Part shown: one piece after another, positions 51,937 through 64,000 of the stretch
Layout of the letters: every line of letters begins with the position of its first letter
Position numbering within the stretch: the stretch's first letter is position 1
Assembly (NCBI RefSeq): GCF_006345805.1
Contig: NC_042998.1
Coordinates: 60,450,001-60,514,000, forward strand
Length of the DNA stretch: 64,000 nucleotides
DNA from: Octopus sinensis
Lineage: Eukaryota
Direction of reading: 5' to 3'
Notes under the pieces: generated by a model
The model's input: only the letters and a program-made list of their open reading frames with translations
What the model was told of the DNA's origin: nothing
Database searches by the model: none
Made by a program: the position numbers and the translations under genes

Positions 51937-51940
<4 letters not shown>
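51734..51940 (-). mobile_element. PLE pseudo-LTR with variant hammerhead (51834-51868)
   Basis: Revcomp gttt-CCGACGA-a-gagc(tcc)gctc-GAAA-cg-TT-aaac, flanked by (TA)n. Confidence 0.75.
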
Positions 51941-51974
<34 letters not shown>

Positions 51975-52690
51975 GTAAAGTAGGTGTTTATTAAAATACA
52001 TCTTCAAAATTTAATAGAATGTACAGACATTATTTAATTCTTTTGTCAACACCTGTTTTCAAACTGACGTCCGTTCTCGTCCAGGCACTGCCGACAACGC
52101 GAAGCAATGGAATTGCAAACATCTCGAAAGAATTCGTTTGTGTGCATTTTTGTTCAATGGCTGCTCTCAAATCAGCGACAGTTGCAGGTTTCATAGTGTA
52201 GTATTTGTCTTTTAGGCATACCCATAAAAAAGATCCAGTGTTGTGAGGTCTAGTGAACGCGGAGGGTATTCAACGAAACCCCTTAGTCCAATTCACCTGT
52301 TTGACAAGATCTCATCAAAGGAAGGATCTAACATCGCGATGATAGTGTTGGGGTGCCCCATTTTGCTGAAAATAAAACTCTTCATCTTCAAAGTTTTCTC
52401 TAATGCTTGGCAGGACAGACTGTTGCAGCAAGTTCAAGTAAACGGGACCAGTCACGAAGCATCAAAAAAGAATGGTCCAATTAATCCTCTTCATGATACG
52501 CTACACCACACTGTAACTCCTGGTAAATTTAACATGGTGTTCCACTATAACATGCGGATTCTCAGGTCTCCAGTAGGTGCGATTGTGGTGATTAATTGAA
52601 CCATTTAATTTAAATGTAACCCAATCCCTCATCACAATCTTTGTTGGAAAGTGTGCATCTTCTATATATCGTGCCAAGTACCACCCACAA
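51975..52690 (-). mobile_element. Tc1/mariner DD41D (rosa/Visitor-like) relic
   Basis: [38 protein letters not shown] and YPPRSLDLTTLD; spacing is 41 residues after correcting one frameshift. Confidence 0.82.
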
Positions 52691-52739
52691 TACTGTACTC
52701 TTCGGTCTGAAAGTATAGAGAGGCTTAAAGAATATCGAA

Positions 52740-52850
52740 CACTTATAAATGGGCTTAGCGTAAACATTCAATTCATAGTGGAATATAGCCATCAACAACT
52801 TCCTTTCCTCGACATCCTCATTAAGAAATCTAACAACGAAATAGAAACAG

Positions 52851-52887
<37 letters not shown>

Positions 52888-53770
52888 ATAAGCCTACGGA
52901 CTCCAAGCAATATCCACCGTTTAACTTATGCCACCCCAGACACACTAGAATGAATATTCCCTTCAACCTAGCAAAAATGATTTGTATTATAGTTTCTAAT
53001 GCACTCGACTACATGAATTAAAGGATACACTCGACTATATGAATTAAAGGATACACTCATCACCAGGAACTACCTACCATCGCTAATTGACATATGCTTT
53101 CAATGTGCCCTACAACTCAACATCCACGAACTAAGACATCCCAAATTAAAGAAGGATTTACAACCAAAAACCCTACCATAAATCTCCACACACAACCCTC
53201 TTAACAATGAAGCCTTCGACACTATCTTTCAAAATATTCCCCTGCTAAAAGGGGACCACAGAATGAATTTAATACTCAAGACGCACACCATCATAAAAAG
53301 CAAGAGACAACCCAAATCTATGAAAAGTCTCCTAACACAAGCCTGAATGCGCTCAACAACACTGAAGCCGTCAGTAAAAAATTGCGGAATACCCAACTGT
53401 GATATATGCGTCAATCTAATTGAGGGATTAGAGTTCTCTTTCAAACAGGGACAACGTTTCACAGTGAAAATCAACTTCACATGTGCTTCGGAGAACTTGA
53501 TATACGTACTAACCTGTTCTGGGTGTCGAGAGCAATACATAAGCCAAAGAAAAAACAGTCTACGTCAAAGGATAGCTCTGCACAGATCCCAGATCAAAAT
53601 TCCGAGAAACAGAAAAATAGCATTCAGCGAAAAGTATCCACGTTTGCGCCAACTCAGCTTCAGAATTTTCCCCCTTTATCAATTCAGGGACAATACAACC
53701 TGTAGTCAACGAATTAGTAAAGAGTAGTTCCTTATCACAAAATACAAACCCCTTTTGAATGCATCCGCAA
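52740..53770 (+). pseudogene. Second Neptune-like PLE fragment (RT thumb and GIY-YIG)
   Basis: LPFLDILI..ETDI..KPTDSKQY..HPRHTRMNIPFNLA; CGIPNCDIC; FTCASENLIYVLTCSGCREQYISQ..LRQRIALH. Confidence 0.85.
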
Positions 53771-53977
53771 CAAATGACATATTCACCACGACCTTAGAAT
53801 AACACCCAGGCAAATATTAAAAACGACACATTCAAAAGAGATATCTCAAGAATCTATTCAGAACAATACCAATCACTACTACCATCCACAACGAATCACT
53901 TATAAGTCACTTGACCATTTAACATCCTGCTACTGTCATACCACACCCGCATTCTTTTCTTCTTCTTCTTCTTCTTC

Positions 53978-54042
<65 letters not shown>

Positions 54043-54045
<3 letters not shown>

Positions 54046-54546
54046 TAGTTTTATTTTTATAGCGTGCTTTCACTTCACTACCGAGCAAAGCTCTGTGTGC
54101 CTTGGGTATGTGCTGTGATTTGTTGTGATGCTCTGATGGTTATTGTATGGAAAGTGTTCTGCGTAGGATGTGTACAGTGCCTAGTAGTGCAATTTTCTGT
54201 ATGTTATATGTGTTTGTAAGTCCTGGTGTTTTTGTTATGTATTTGTCTGAATATTTTTTTATCATGCCTAATGCACCTACTATGATAGGAATTGTTTCTG
54301 TTTTCAGATTCCACATTCTAGTTACCTCTATTTCCAGGTCTTTGTATTTTGAGAGTTTCTCCATTTCTTTTAGAGACACGTTGTCATCTGCCGGTATTGA
54401 TACATCAATTAGAAAGCATTTTTTTTCTTCATGATCTCTGACAACTATATCTGGTCTGTTGGCCTTAATTTCTCTATCTGTGTGTATCGGCATATCCCAG
54501 AGTATGGTTGCTTTCTCGTTTTCTGTGACCTTTTCTGGTGTGTGCC

Positions 54547-54547
<1 letters not shown>
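54043..54547 (-). mobile_element. R4/Dong-clade non-LTR retrotransposon 3' end (restriction-like endonuclease) in (TAA)n
   Basis: ILWDMPIHTDREIKANRPDIVV..LIDVSIP..EKLSKYKDL..PIIVGALG..QKIALLGT, with (ATT)n on both sides. Confidence 0.9.
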
Positions 54548-54592
<45 letters not shown>

Positions 54593-55128
54593 GAGTGAGT
54601 GAGCAGTTCATGCCATCAAATATACGAAGCCCAATATACCCATCATGACTACCCGTCTGATAAAGGTACACCAGGCACATGCATCACAACCATATGTGCG
54701 CGACATGGTGATCTCATATCAAGATAAACAGCACATGACCTTGCAGGTGGGGCCCAGTTAGAATTTTCTACAGGTTGAGTAGCCCATCCCGCTCAAACGG
54801 TCCCTGAATAAGGGTTGTTTAAGGATGTTGAAAGAACCACCCATGTTTCCAGAGGTGAACTATTCAAACCCCAAAGAATCCCTCTCAACACATGGCTATG
54901 ATGCTCCCCAACTACTTCTGCTCGTGATCAGAGATGCACATATCGTCAGCCACTAAGGGACATGCTCAACTGGTTAAGGTCAAACAACTGACAAGCAAAT
55001 CTGTGGTATTGAGCAGAATATTTGCTGTAGCCCATCTTTTATACCAAGACAAAACAATGTACATGATAACACTCCCAATCAGTTATGATCAGAAGCCATT
55101 GGAGCCACTGCCTGGTACTGCATCAGGG

Positions 55129-55130
<2 letters not shown>
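54593..55130. mobile_element. ~540-bp non-coding interspersed repeat flanked by (TAA)n; partial second copy at 58831-58964
   Basis: The block caaatctgtggta..ggtactgcatcag(g/a)gca is shared, and both copies abut (ATT/ATC)n. Confidence 0.7.
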
Positions 55131-55206
<76 letters not shown>

Positions 55207-56291
55207 CTGCCACCTCCTTACTCTACTACTACTGCTGCTTAAGCAATCAAAGACAAGAATTTATATCAAACTAGTTGCTGCTAACTGCCTAAAATCCACA
55301 AGAGAAAACAGAGAGACAATGACAGGCAGAAAAAAGGAAAATGTCCCTTGTATTTGAAAACTATGGAAATATTATTTTTAAAAACATTTCATTTAATTTT
55401 TCCACAATTTAATTGGTTTACATACTTTATATATATACATACACACACACATTCAAATGTTAGTTTGTCTACGAAAAAGGAAGAAGGTACGCAATGCTTA
55501 TGTATAAGGTATAAACACATGCACTCTCACACACACATACATTACTTTATATTATCTATTTTATTCCATGTTAACTTCGTAAGAAAGAAATGTAGATGCA
55601 ATGAAACACTAGCAGATATACATATAAATGATACCAAAATATAAAACTTCGTATTGATCTAGGTAAATACTTTCTAATCCCGGGATATATGTACCCCTGA
55701 TATATTCACGTAGAAGTAAGTTTAGAAATTTTCCCAAAATGTATCTCAGCTAGTTATGGGAATAAGTAATCTTCTAGTAAATATTTTGTTGTATTTCTTG
55801 AAAGTTTTTCCAAACTTATGATAGCATCTTATAATATTTTCCTAGTTTCTATTAATCGGCATATTTTTAGAATAGTAAAATATATATCATCTCTTCCAAA
55901 CTACAATTACATACCTTGGAATCCCCATCATAGGAACATGCAGGTTTACCACAGATCAGGAAATATTTTCTTTACCATTAAATGCCAGATGAGATTAGCC
56001 AAAGAAGAATTATGCCCCTTATTTATATCTCGAAATGACGTAACATGGCTTCGCCAACGAATTTTTTAAAATCCGGTGCACCAACATATCTATATTCTTC
56101 CACATCGGTCCGATCAGAGCATTTACATAAATATTTTTACAGAGACAAATCTTTATCCTGAAAGTAGGTACTTCTATACCTGAGATTGCATCTTTTACTA
56201 TGATTAGTATTCCCACTATTAGCATTACTAATTTTTTCCGATGATTACACGTCCTTCTTCTACTACTATTACTACTACTTATTATTATTAC

Positions 56292-56331
<40 letters not shown>

Positions 56332-56333
<2 letters not shown>

Positions 56334-56606
56334 GACGAAGAGCGCGATTCGATTGTAAGTATTTTATTGAACGATATTTCAACAGTATATCTGTCTTTGT
56401 CAAATTCAAAATAAGAAGTGATAAAAATCCATATTTGAATGGCACGAAATCCATGGGCCCAGGATTGGGTTCAATATTGGGGTCTAGCGAAACTAAAAGA
56501 CAGACATACTGTTGAAATATCGTTCAATAAAATACTTACAATCGAATCGCGCTCTTCGTCTTGACAGTTTACCTTTGTGAAGAGTTACGTCAATCCTTTT
56601 TTAAAA

Positions 56607-56607
<1 letters not shown>
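56332..56607 (+). repeat. Fold-back element (arms 56332-56398 and 56496-56562) with ~45-nt tail, inserted in (ATT)n
   Basis: 67-bp inverted arms with about one mismatch. Confidence 0.82.
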
Positions 56608-56657
<50 letters not shown>

Positions 56658-56665
56658 CATTATTA

Positions 56666-56700
<35 letters not shown>

Positions 56701-56908
56701 TATGGTTTCCTTTCATTATAACTTTCTTTCAGCTACCATAGTACCGAGCATCCTCCGGAGCTAGGAATAGCAAGGGCACTTTTGCTTTGCTATGTAAGCT
56801 AAAATTATCACCACATTCCATTTTAGATGGAGAATGCTTTCCGTAGCATATAGGCTGTACCCAGCAAGGTTATCTTTTGTAGTTCATGGAGATTGGAGTT
56901 ACCAGGGA

Positions 56909-56910
<2 letters not shown>
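56701..56910 (-). mobile_element. Second R4/Dong-family extreme 3' end in (TAA)n
   Basis: IPGNSNLHELQKITLLGTAYMLRKAFSI* is homologous to the C-terminus of the 54140-54493 ORF but has a different 3' UTR. Confidence 0.78.
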
Positions 56911-56956
<46 letters not shown>

Positions 56957-56966
56957 CATTATTATT

Positions 56967-57013
<47 letters not shown>

Positions 57014-57659
57014 TATCATCATCATCATCATCGCAAGTTGATTCATTTTAAAGGGTATTTTGTTTTGACAAGTATTCTTTCATTTCTAGTTTTTGGTTTC
57101 TTATGCAGATTGATGAATGTAACGTTATTTCGAATACGCTAAGGATAACATGATATTTTTTTAAATGGTAGGTTTAAAATCTGTCTGTTCAGTGTGGTAG
57201 TTGTATTTTTTGTATTTAGTATATCAATAAAGAGACCTTTATCAATACTAAGTTTCATTGTGCATTAAAAGTGTTTACGTTATGGACAAGAATTTGAAAG
57301 TGGTTCAATTTATCAAGATTGTCCTCCGTAAAATTAAATAACTGCCCGGGAATCTCGGTATTTCAACAAACAGCTGAATTCCTCTCCAAATATTTAATAG
57401 ATTTTCTCTTCATAGTGACACATGAGTAAGTTCACATGTGTTGGAGTAACTTTAGTTTCCATAGACATTCCTGATTGCTGTAGGTAGGCTGAGCAACCAA
57501 ACATAAAGTAGTTTAACTGTATTGGAAGCCATCGACAATAAAATTTCTGCCAATGCTTTCTGGTATTTAATAGCTTCTATTCTATAATTGCTTGGATAGT
57601 TGCTATATAGATTCACAAAATATATATATGTGTGTATATATATATATATATGTGTGTGT

Positions 57660-57703
<44 letters not shown>

Positions 57704-58201
57704 GTGAGTGTTGTGTGTGTGTATGTATGTATGTATGTATGTATGTATGTATGTATGTATGTATGTATGTATGTATGTATGTATATCTATGTATGTGTGC
57801 GTGTGTGTGTGTATGTGTGCGTGTGTGTGTATGTATGGCAACGAAAGAAAGTGGGAGGACCGAGAGAGAGAGTAACAGACAAAGGTTAGCGGTAAAGAGA
57901 GTGGTGTGGTCAAAAATCCAGGTGCGTGGTGAAAGGGAATGAAACTAGATCTTTAGAGAAGAAAGTTAGAAAAAGTTTATATTCCCGAAACAAAGAATCG
58001 CTGGGACACCATGTTGGCCATCGGTTGTTATGGTTTCATTTAACTAATATGGAACTAAAAAAAAAAACAACACTAATAGTACCATGAAGTTCAAAGCACT
58101 TTAATCTCCACTTTCCAAATCTTTTTTACATAGATACAGATATGAAGTAAACATAAACTACAGAGCCAGGCTATAATGATTCTTACATAATTCAATTTCA
58201 G

Positions 58202-58230
58202 GACGACACCTACTCCAGGCGGTAATACTA
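58202..58230 (+). CDS. Probable 29-nt chitinase linker microexon ((S)TTPTPGGNT)
   Basis: caatttcag acceptor and gtaagt donor. The phase 2 entry matches the donor at 48307, and the Thr/Pro/Gly content fits a GH18-CBM14 linker. Confidence 0.68.
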
Positions 58231-58494
58231 GTAAGTATATTCAACCACAGTTTCGATCTTGTGTATATATGTTTGCTTTAATATCCGTGAATGTTTGCTA
58301 ATGTATGTGAATGGGTGCGTAGCTACATATGTGCATCTGTGTATGTGTTTATCATATCTCTGTACAAGTATGAGACGTTTGGCACGACTGTTTTGGTGTC
58401 GCCTGTGTGGCGTCGCTGATTCAACGCTGACTTACTTGACATCAAACATTTTCATGTTTTTCTTGTTTTCTCCCTCTACGTGTATGTGTATAAT

Positions 58495-58525
<31 letters not shown>

Positions 58526-58990
58526 ATTTTTATGTGTGTGGATATATTTCTCTTTATGTGCATAAGAAGAACAAAAGTGTTTATGTCCATCTTGTTCGAT
58601 TAATAAATTGTAATGTCTGCATCTTCTCTCTGTTTCTCTCTCTCTCTCTCTCTCCCTCTCTCTCACACACACACACACACTCACTCTATTTACCAGTACA
58701 AGAATATTTCTGAGCTCGTGTGCGTGTGCAAGTGTATGTGTGCGTAAGTACGTACATGCGTGTGTGTCTGTTGTATATATGTTTTATGATGCAAACGGGA
58801 GAATAGAACTGAAAACGCATACACGCACCACAAATCTGTGGTACTGAGCAGAATATTTGCTGTAGCCTAACTTTTATTGCAAGACAAAATATGTACATGA
58901 TAACACTTCCAATCAGTTAAGATCAGAAGCCATGAGAGCCAGTGCTTGGTACTGCATCAGAGCATTTTTTATTATCATCATCATCATCAA

Positions 58991-59044
<54 letters not shown>

Positions 59045-61180
59045 CATCATTATTTAATCGCCGTAAGATACGAAGAGACTCAAAGGTCAATAATTTTGTG
59101 TATTGGCACTTGCCAATCTTTGGTAAGTGCTATGCTTAAAACTCTCGAACCTAAAGTCATTTTGTAACTTACTTTGATTGTTAATAATACAGTAAACTGC
59201 CCTCTGGGAGGTTTCTTGCTAGCTACTTGATAATATTTTCACATTTGATTCCTAATTCTAATAATTTTTATATTTTACGTCTAATTATTTCTTTGTATGA
59301 TAGTAAGTATTTGTATAATAGTAAACTTGTTTGGTAAATATTGTTTTCATTATTTTATCACAGTCATAATCTCTCTTTTTCAAACAAACATCAAGGTAGT
59401 ACAACTATGGAAGGGGAGCAGTTTGTTAAGTTTTTACCTTCCCCTCAAAGCAACGTAGAGATTTCAATTCTACAACCTATCTATAAGTTTTGCAGTGTGT
59501 GTGAGAGAGAGAGAGGGGGGGAGAAAGAACATTGCAAACAATGCATGAAATAAACATGAAATGAAAATGGGTATAAATATAAGGGTATAAATATAGATGT
59601 ATACGCCCCCGACTTTGTTGCCTCATAACATCCAGAAAAATGGATACTTTTTAACGAAAATTTCTACAAATACCGCTGAGATGTTGTGGTTTCAGAGTAT
59701 AAAGGAATTTATGGGAAAGAATTTTTCCGGGCTGGGGGAGAGGAGTTTGGGAAAATTCACGCGATCCAACTTTTTCTCCCGTAACTTCCAGGAAATCCCA
59801 AAGGACTATCTTTTAATGAAAGTTTATACAAATACCTTTCAAACAGCATAGATTATGATTATAAAGAAATTTGTGGGGAAATTTTTTCCGAGAGGGTGGG
59901 GAGAGGAGTTTCGGATCAGGAAAACCAAATAAGTTAGAACTACTCTGTTTTGACGGGGATTTCCCTCATTTTTTAAAGCACATGATGGGATGGGATGGAG
60001 TGGGGTCATCTCTGTATGAGAAAACGTTTTGGGATTTTTTACACACACACCCCACCCCCGTACTCCCTCATCATCCCACTCCGGGCCTATTTTGGCCAAT
60101 TTTCGTTGCACTTCAAAACCATGGGAAGAGCTTTTTCGATATAAAAATAAAAGAAAAAAGAAATTGTTAATATTTTTAGAGAGAGAAAAGTGTCTGAGAT
60201 TTGGCTGTTCCTTCTAGCACACCCCAAGACAACCCTCCGCGTTTCTTTATCATTCTCGCATGTATTGGTGTTTTTCAATATTTTTCTCCTCATAAATACA
60301 TTTATATGCTAAAGAAAAGAAAATTTTTTTTAATTATTCATTTTTTGGAACCCACTCCCTGACCCCGATTGTTTCTGTTTACAAATTAAAAAATTGGAGA
60401 ACCTGAGAAGGCCATTGCTGGGATTTATCCACAGTGATTTAAAGAAAGAGTTACGTAAATGATAATTCATTTTAATAGGATACTTTTCTGTTAGAAAATG
60501 CCCAAAATCAGGCTAGCAGCATTCCAAACACCCATAACAACAAAATCATTTCTTAATTATATTTAAAAAATATTATTTTATCAAAAATATTCATTTAGCA
60601 AACTCCGGAAAATGATAATATTCTTGAAATTGTGCCTCATATCAAAGTTATAGAGCTATTATTAAATTATCAATAATGAAAATAGAGGCGAGAGAAAGTG
60701 AGAGACTGTTGCAAATGAAAACGGAAAATATTACGTGCAACGAATTAATATTGTTTGTTATTAAACATCAAAATCTACTCCGCAGTGAATGCAATGAATA
60801 TTTAAACTTGCGAAAAGTTGGACGTAGTGAATTCAATGAATATTTAAATTTGCGAAAAATTGGAACTCAAAAATTCAATAAATTTCAGAAATCGAAGTTA
60901 TAAGAAATTTCTTAGAACATGAATTTATATAAATATTTCCAGACGTTCAAGCCTTTAATAATTGCTTTCCTTTAGTACTTTTAGTAACTGTTACAGACCA
61001 AATTAATAAGCAGCTTTCTCCGTTATAATATAGCAAGATAGATAGATACGCGCGCGCGTGTGTGTGTGTGTGAGTACGTGTGCGTGTGTGTGTGTGTGTG
61101 TGTGGTGTGTGTGTGTGTGTGAGTACGTGTGTGTGTGCATGTGTGTGTGTGTTTTTGTGAGTACGTGTGCATGTGTGTGC

Positions 61181-61213
<33 letters not shown>

Positions 61214-61386
61214 TGCGTGCGTGTGTTTCCATACATATATTTGGGTACTGGCGTAATATTGAGGGCTACAATCTAAGATGGATAATGAGAGGTCTCTGAA
61301 ACTAGTCATAATGATATTCTCTCTGGGAAACATCTCTCAGTCAAATTTTCCATTGTATGTTTGTATGTTATTATTAGTTCAAGTTA

Positions 61387-62090
61387 AGGCAGTGAGCTGG
61401 TAGAAGCATTATCGTGTCGGGAAACTAATTAGCGGCATTTTCCCGGTTTTACGTCTTGACATCAAGACACCGAAACAACTACTTAGAGGAATTTTGTCTC
61501 TCTTTACGTTGTGAGTTCAAATTCCAGCGAGTTTGACTTGACCTTTCATCCTATCGAGGTCACTAAAATAAGTAGTACTGGGGTCGATATAATCGACTTC
61601 CCCTTCTCCTAAATTTTTTGCCTTGTGCCAAAATTTGGAACCAATATTCTGTCTTTGATGTAAGGCGGCAAGCATGCAGAATCGTTATCGCGCCAAGAAA
61701 AATTCTTAGTGGATTTTTATCTGTCGTTACATTATCTGTCGTTCAAATGCCGTCGCGTCGACTTTGCCGTTCATCCTTTCAGGGTCGAAAAAATAAATAT
61801 CATTTGAACACTGGGGTTGATCTAATCAACTTATTCCTCCCCTAAAATTACTACCTTGTGCCAAAATTTGAAACCATTATTAGTCCAAGTTTAAGATGGT
61901 GAGCTGGTAGAATTGTTAGCACTTCGGACAAAATGCTTAGCGGCAGTTCGTCTGCCAATATATTCTGAGTTCAAATTCTTCCGAGATCGACTTCGCATTT
62001 CACCTTTTCGGGGTCGATGCACTGGAGTCGATATAACTGACTGGCTCTCTCATCAAACTTCAAGACTTGTGTCTGAGGTAGAAAGGAATA
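61387..62090 (+). mobile_element. Three tandem diverged family A SINEs
   Basis: Repeated gagctggtagaa heads and ctttcatcct..gtcga blocks at ~61387, ~61660 and ~61895. Confidence 0.7.
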
Positions 62091-62236
62091 TTTTTAGTTC
62101 CAGTCAATAGCCGAACAACTCAGTGAATTGTTTTCGATATACATATCAAAGACGTATTTATATGAAGCCACAAATATTCTTGATGGCATTCGGCACTTCA
62201 TGAACCCACTGATTAGCCTTAGTGTAAAATACGAAA

Positions 62237-62305
<69 letters not shown>

Positions 62306-64000
62306 GAGCCTAATGATTATGATAATATAAAAAGTAAAATAATCAAAGAACTGAAAACCACAGAGCTCAAAATGGACCACCGACCATACCTCCCAAAAAT
62401 CAAAATAGACGAAACAATAACACCAATTATAAACAGCATAAACCTAGCCGTCACGGAACTAATTGCCGCTGAAACAAAAAGCGATATCACTGAGCTAAAT
62501 GACTTAGTATACGCAGCACCCACTGCAGCCACAAAAGAAGCTGGATACTCACTCAAACCCATCCAAACAGGAGTACTACCACCCAAACAAACCCTGTGGA
62601 TAAATAACATCCAAAACAAAATACAAAAAATGAGAAAAGATCTGTCGATTCTTAATGAAATCAGTAGACAATCAACGCTACTGAGCAACAAAAAGAAAAC
62701 AAAAATACTCCGCAAATATAACATCACAGAAAAAGAATTACCTGAGATAAAAGAAAAGCTGAAGCAAGATATCCTTGCCAAAGCACAAAGGATCCGCCGG
62801 TACGAGAAACGCCAGCGCTTCTTTGAACAAAACAAAAAGTTCAACTCCAACCCCAAAAAGTTCTACCAAGAACTTGGCAAAAATAAAATAGAAATCACTG
62901 CAGCACCAACGGCAGAAGAAGTGGAAGAATTCTGGAGAGAAATATGGTCGGCGAACGAACAACCAAAAAAAAGGAATATCAAAACAACAAACTCAGCATC
63001 TGAGCAACTTTGGACCCCCATAACAACTGAAGAGGTCACCCAGGCACTGCAAAGACTAAGCAACTGGAAGGCACCTGGGAATGACAAGATCCCCAACTTC
63101 TGGTTGAAATATCTAACAGGAATGCACAAAAAGCTGGCTGAAAACTTTAACAACATACTAGCAGAGCCAGAGACAATGCCTGAATGGCTCACGAAGGGGA
63201 AAACCATCTTAATTCCCAAATCAAATGAGACAGCAAAACCAGAAAACTACAGACCAATAACCTGTCTCCCTACTATGTACAAGGCATTTACTGCAGTGAT
63301 ATCGCAAAGGTTGAACAAGCACCTGGACGAAAACAATCTGTTTCCAGAAGAGCAGAAAGGATGCCGCAAAGGCTCATATGGCTGTAAAGATCAACTAATG
63401 ATTAATAAAGCCATAACTGAAGACAGCCACAGAAAGAAGAAAGGCCTCAGTATGGCCTGGATCGACTACAAAAAGGCGTTTGATAGCATCCCCCACACAT
63501 GGATCCTCGAAACACTAGCCATTAACAAAGTAGCACCAACAATTATAAAATTCATAGGGCACTCTATGAATAAATGGCAAACAGTGCTACAGCTCCCCCC
63601 AAAAAAGGGACTCATGAAAACCAAAGCCATCCCCATTAGAAGAGGAATATTCCAGGGAGACACGCTCTCTCCACTCCTTTTCTGCTTGGCACTGTCACCT
63701 CTATCTGATATGCTAAATAGAACTGGATGCGGATATAAATATTACGGCAAAACGATCAGCCACCTTTTATATATGGATGACCTAAAACTATACGCTGCAA
63801 ATGACAAACAGCTGGAAACACTATTAAAGACAGTTCATGGATTTACCAAAGAAATAGATATGAAATTTGGATTAGAAAAATGCGCCAAAGTAACCATGAA
63901 AAGAGGAAAACTAGTTAAGAGTAACAACATCACACTAGATAAAACCAATGAAATAAAAGAATTAGACCAAAGCCAAACTTACAAATACTTAGGAATCCAT
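62306..64000 (+). mobile_element. R4/Dong-clade retrotransposon, 5'-truncated, with an uninterrupted RT frame running off the window
   Basis: Begins immediately after (TAA)n. 565 codons read by hand without a stop: NWKAPGNDKIPNFWLK, ENYRPITCLPTMYK, EQKGC, WIDYKKAFDSIPH, RGIFQGDTLSPLLF, HLLYMDDLKLYA. Confidence 0.92.

Noticed and set aside
59597-60480. GC-richer non-coding block resembling a DNA-transposon derivative
   Set aside because: No termini, TSD or second copy could be defined in the window.
62317-63663. Hydrophobic minus-strand ORFs
   Set aside because: They are antisense shadows of the A-rich Dong RT frame on the plus strand.

Overview
This is AT-rich, microsatellite-dense eukaryotic DNA. 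Its SINEs and repeat spectrum look like an octopus genome, which is an inference from recalled repeat families and not a database result. One host gene is supportable: a + strand GH18 chitinase with seven phase-consistent catalytic-domain exons (29970-48307) and a probable 29-nt Thr/Pro linker microexon (58202-58230). It probably continues past the window, and its first exon is uncertain. Most of the rest is transposon-derived: Tc1/mariner relics (two DD34D subfamilies, DD37D, DD41D), a 5'-truncated Helitron, a Tx1-like LINE, R4/Dong-like elements sitting in (TAA)n, Neptune- and Naiad-like Penelope-like elements (PLEs), three tRNA-SINE families and two MITEs with 8-bp target-site duplications (TSDs). 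One Dong-like element has a 565-codon open RT frame that the ORF track missed. The most striking unannotated pattern is a set of short fold-back elements (an inverted, truncated copy plus a longer tail), mostly beside microsatellites. Several carry type I hammerhead ribozyme motifs from different families, including a tRNA-headed SINE-like element with a hammerhead tail and an inverted repeat spanning ~3.5 kb with a hammerhead at each end. Most ORFs in the supplied track are microsatellite artefacts.
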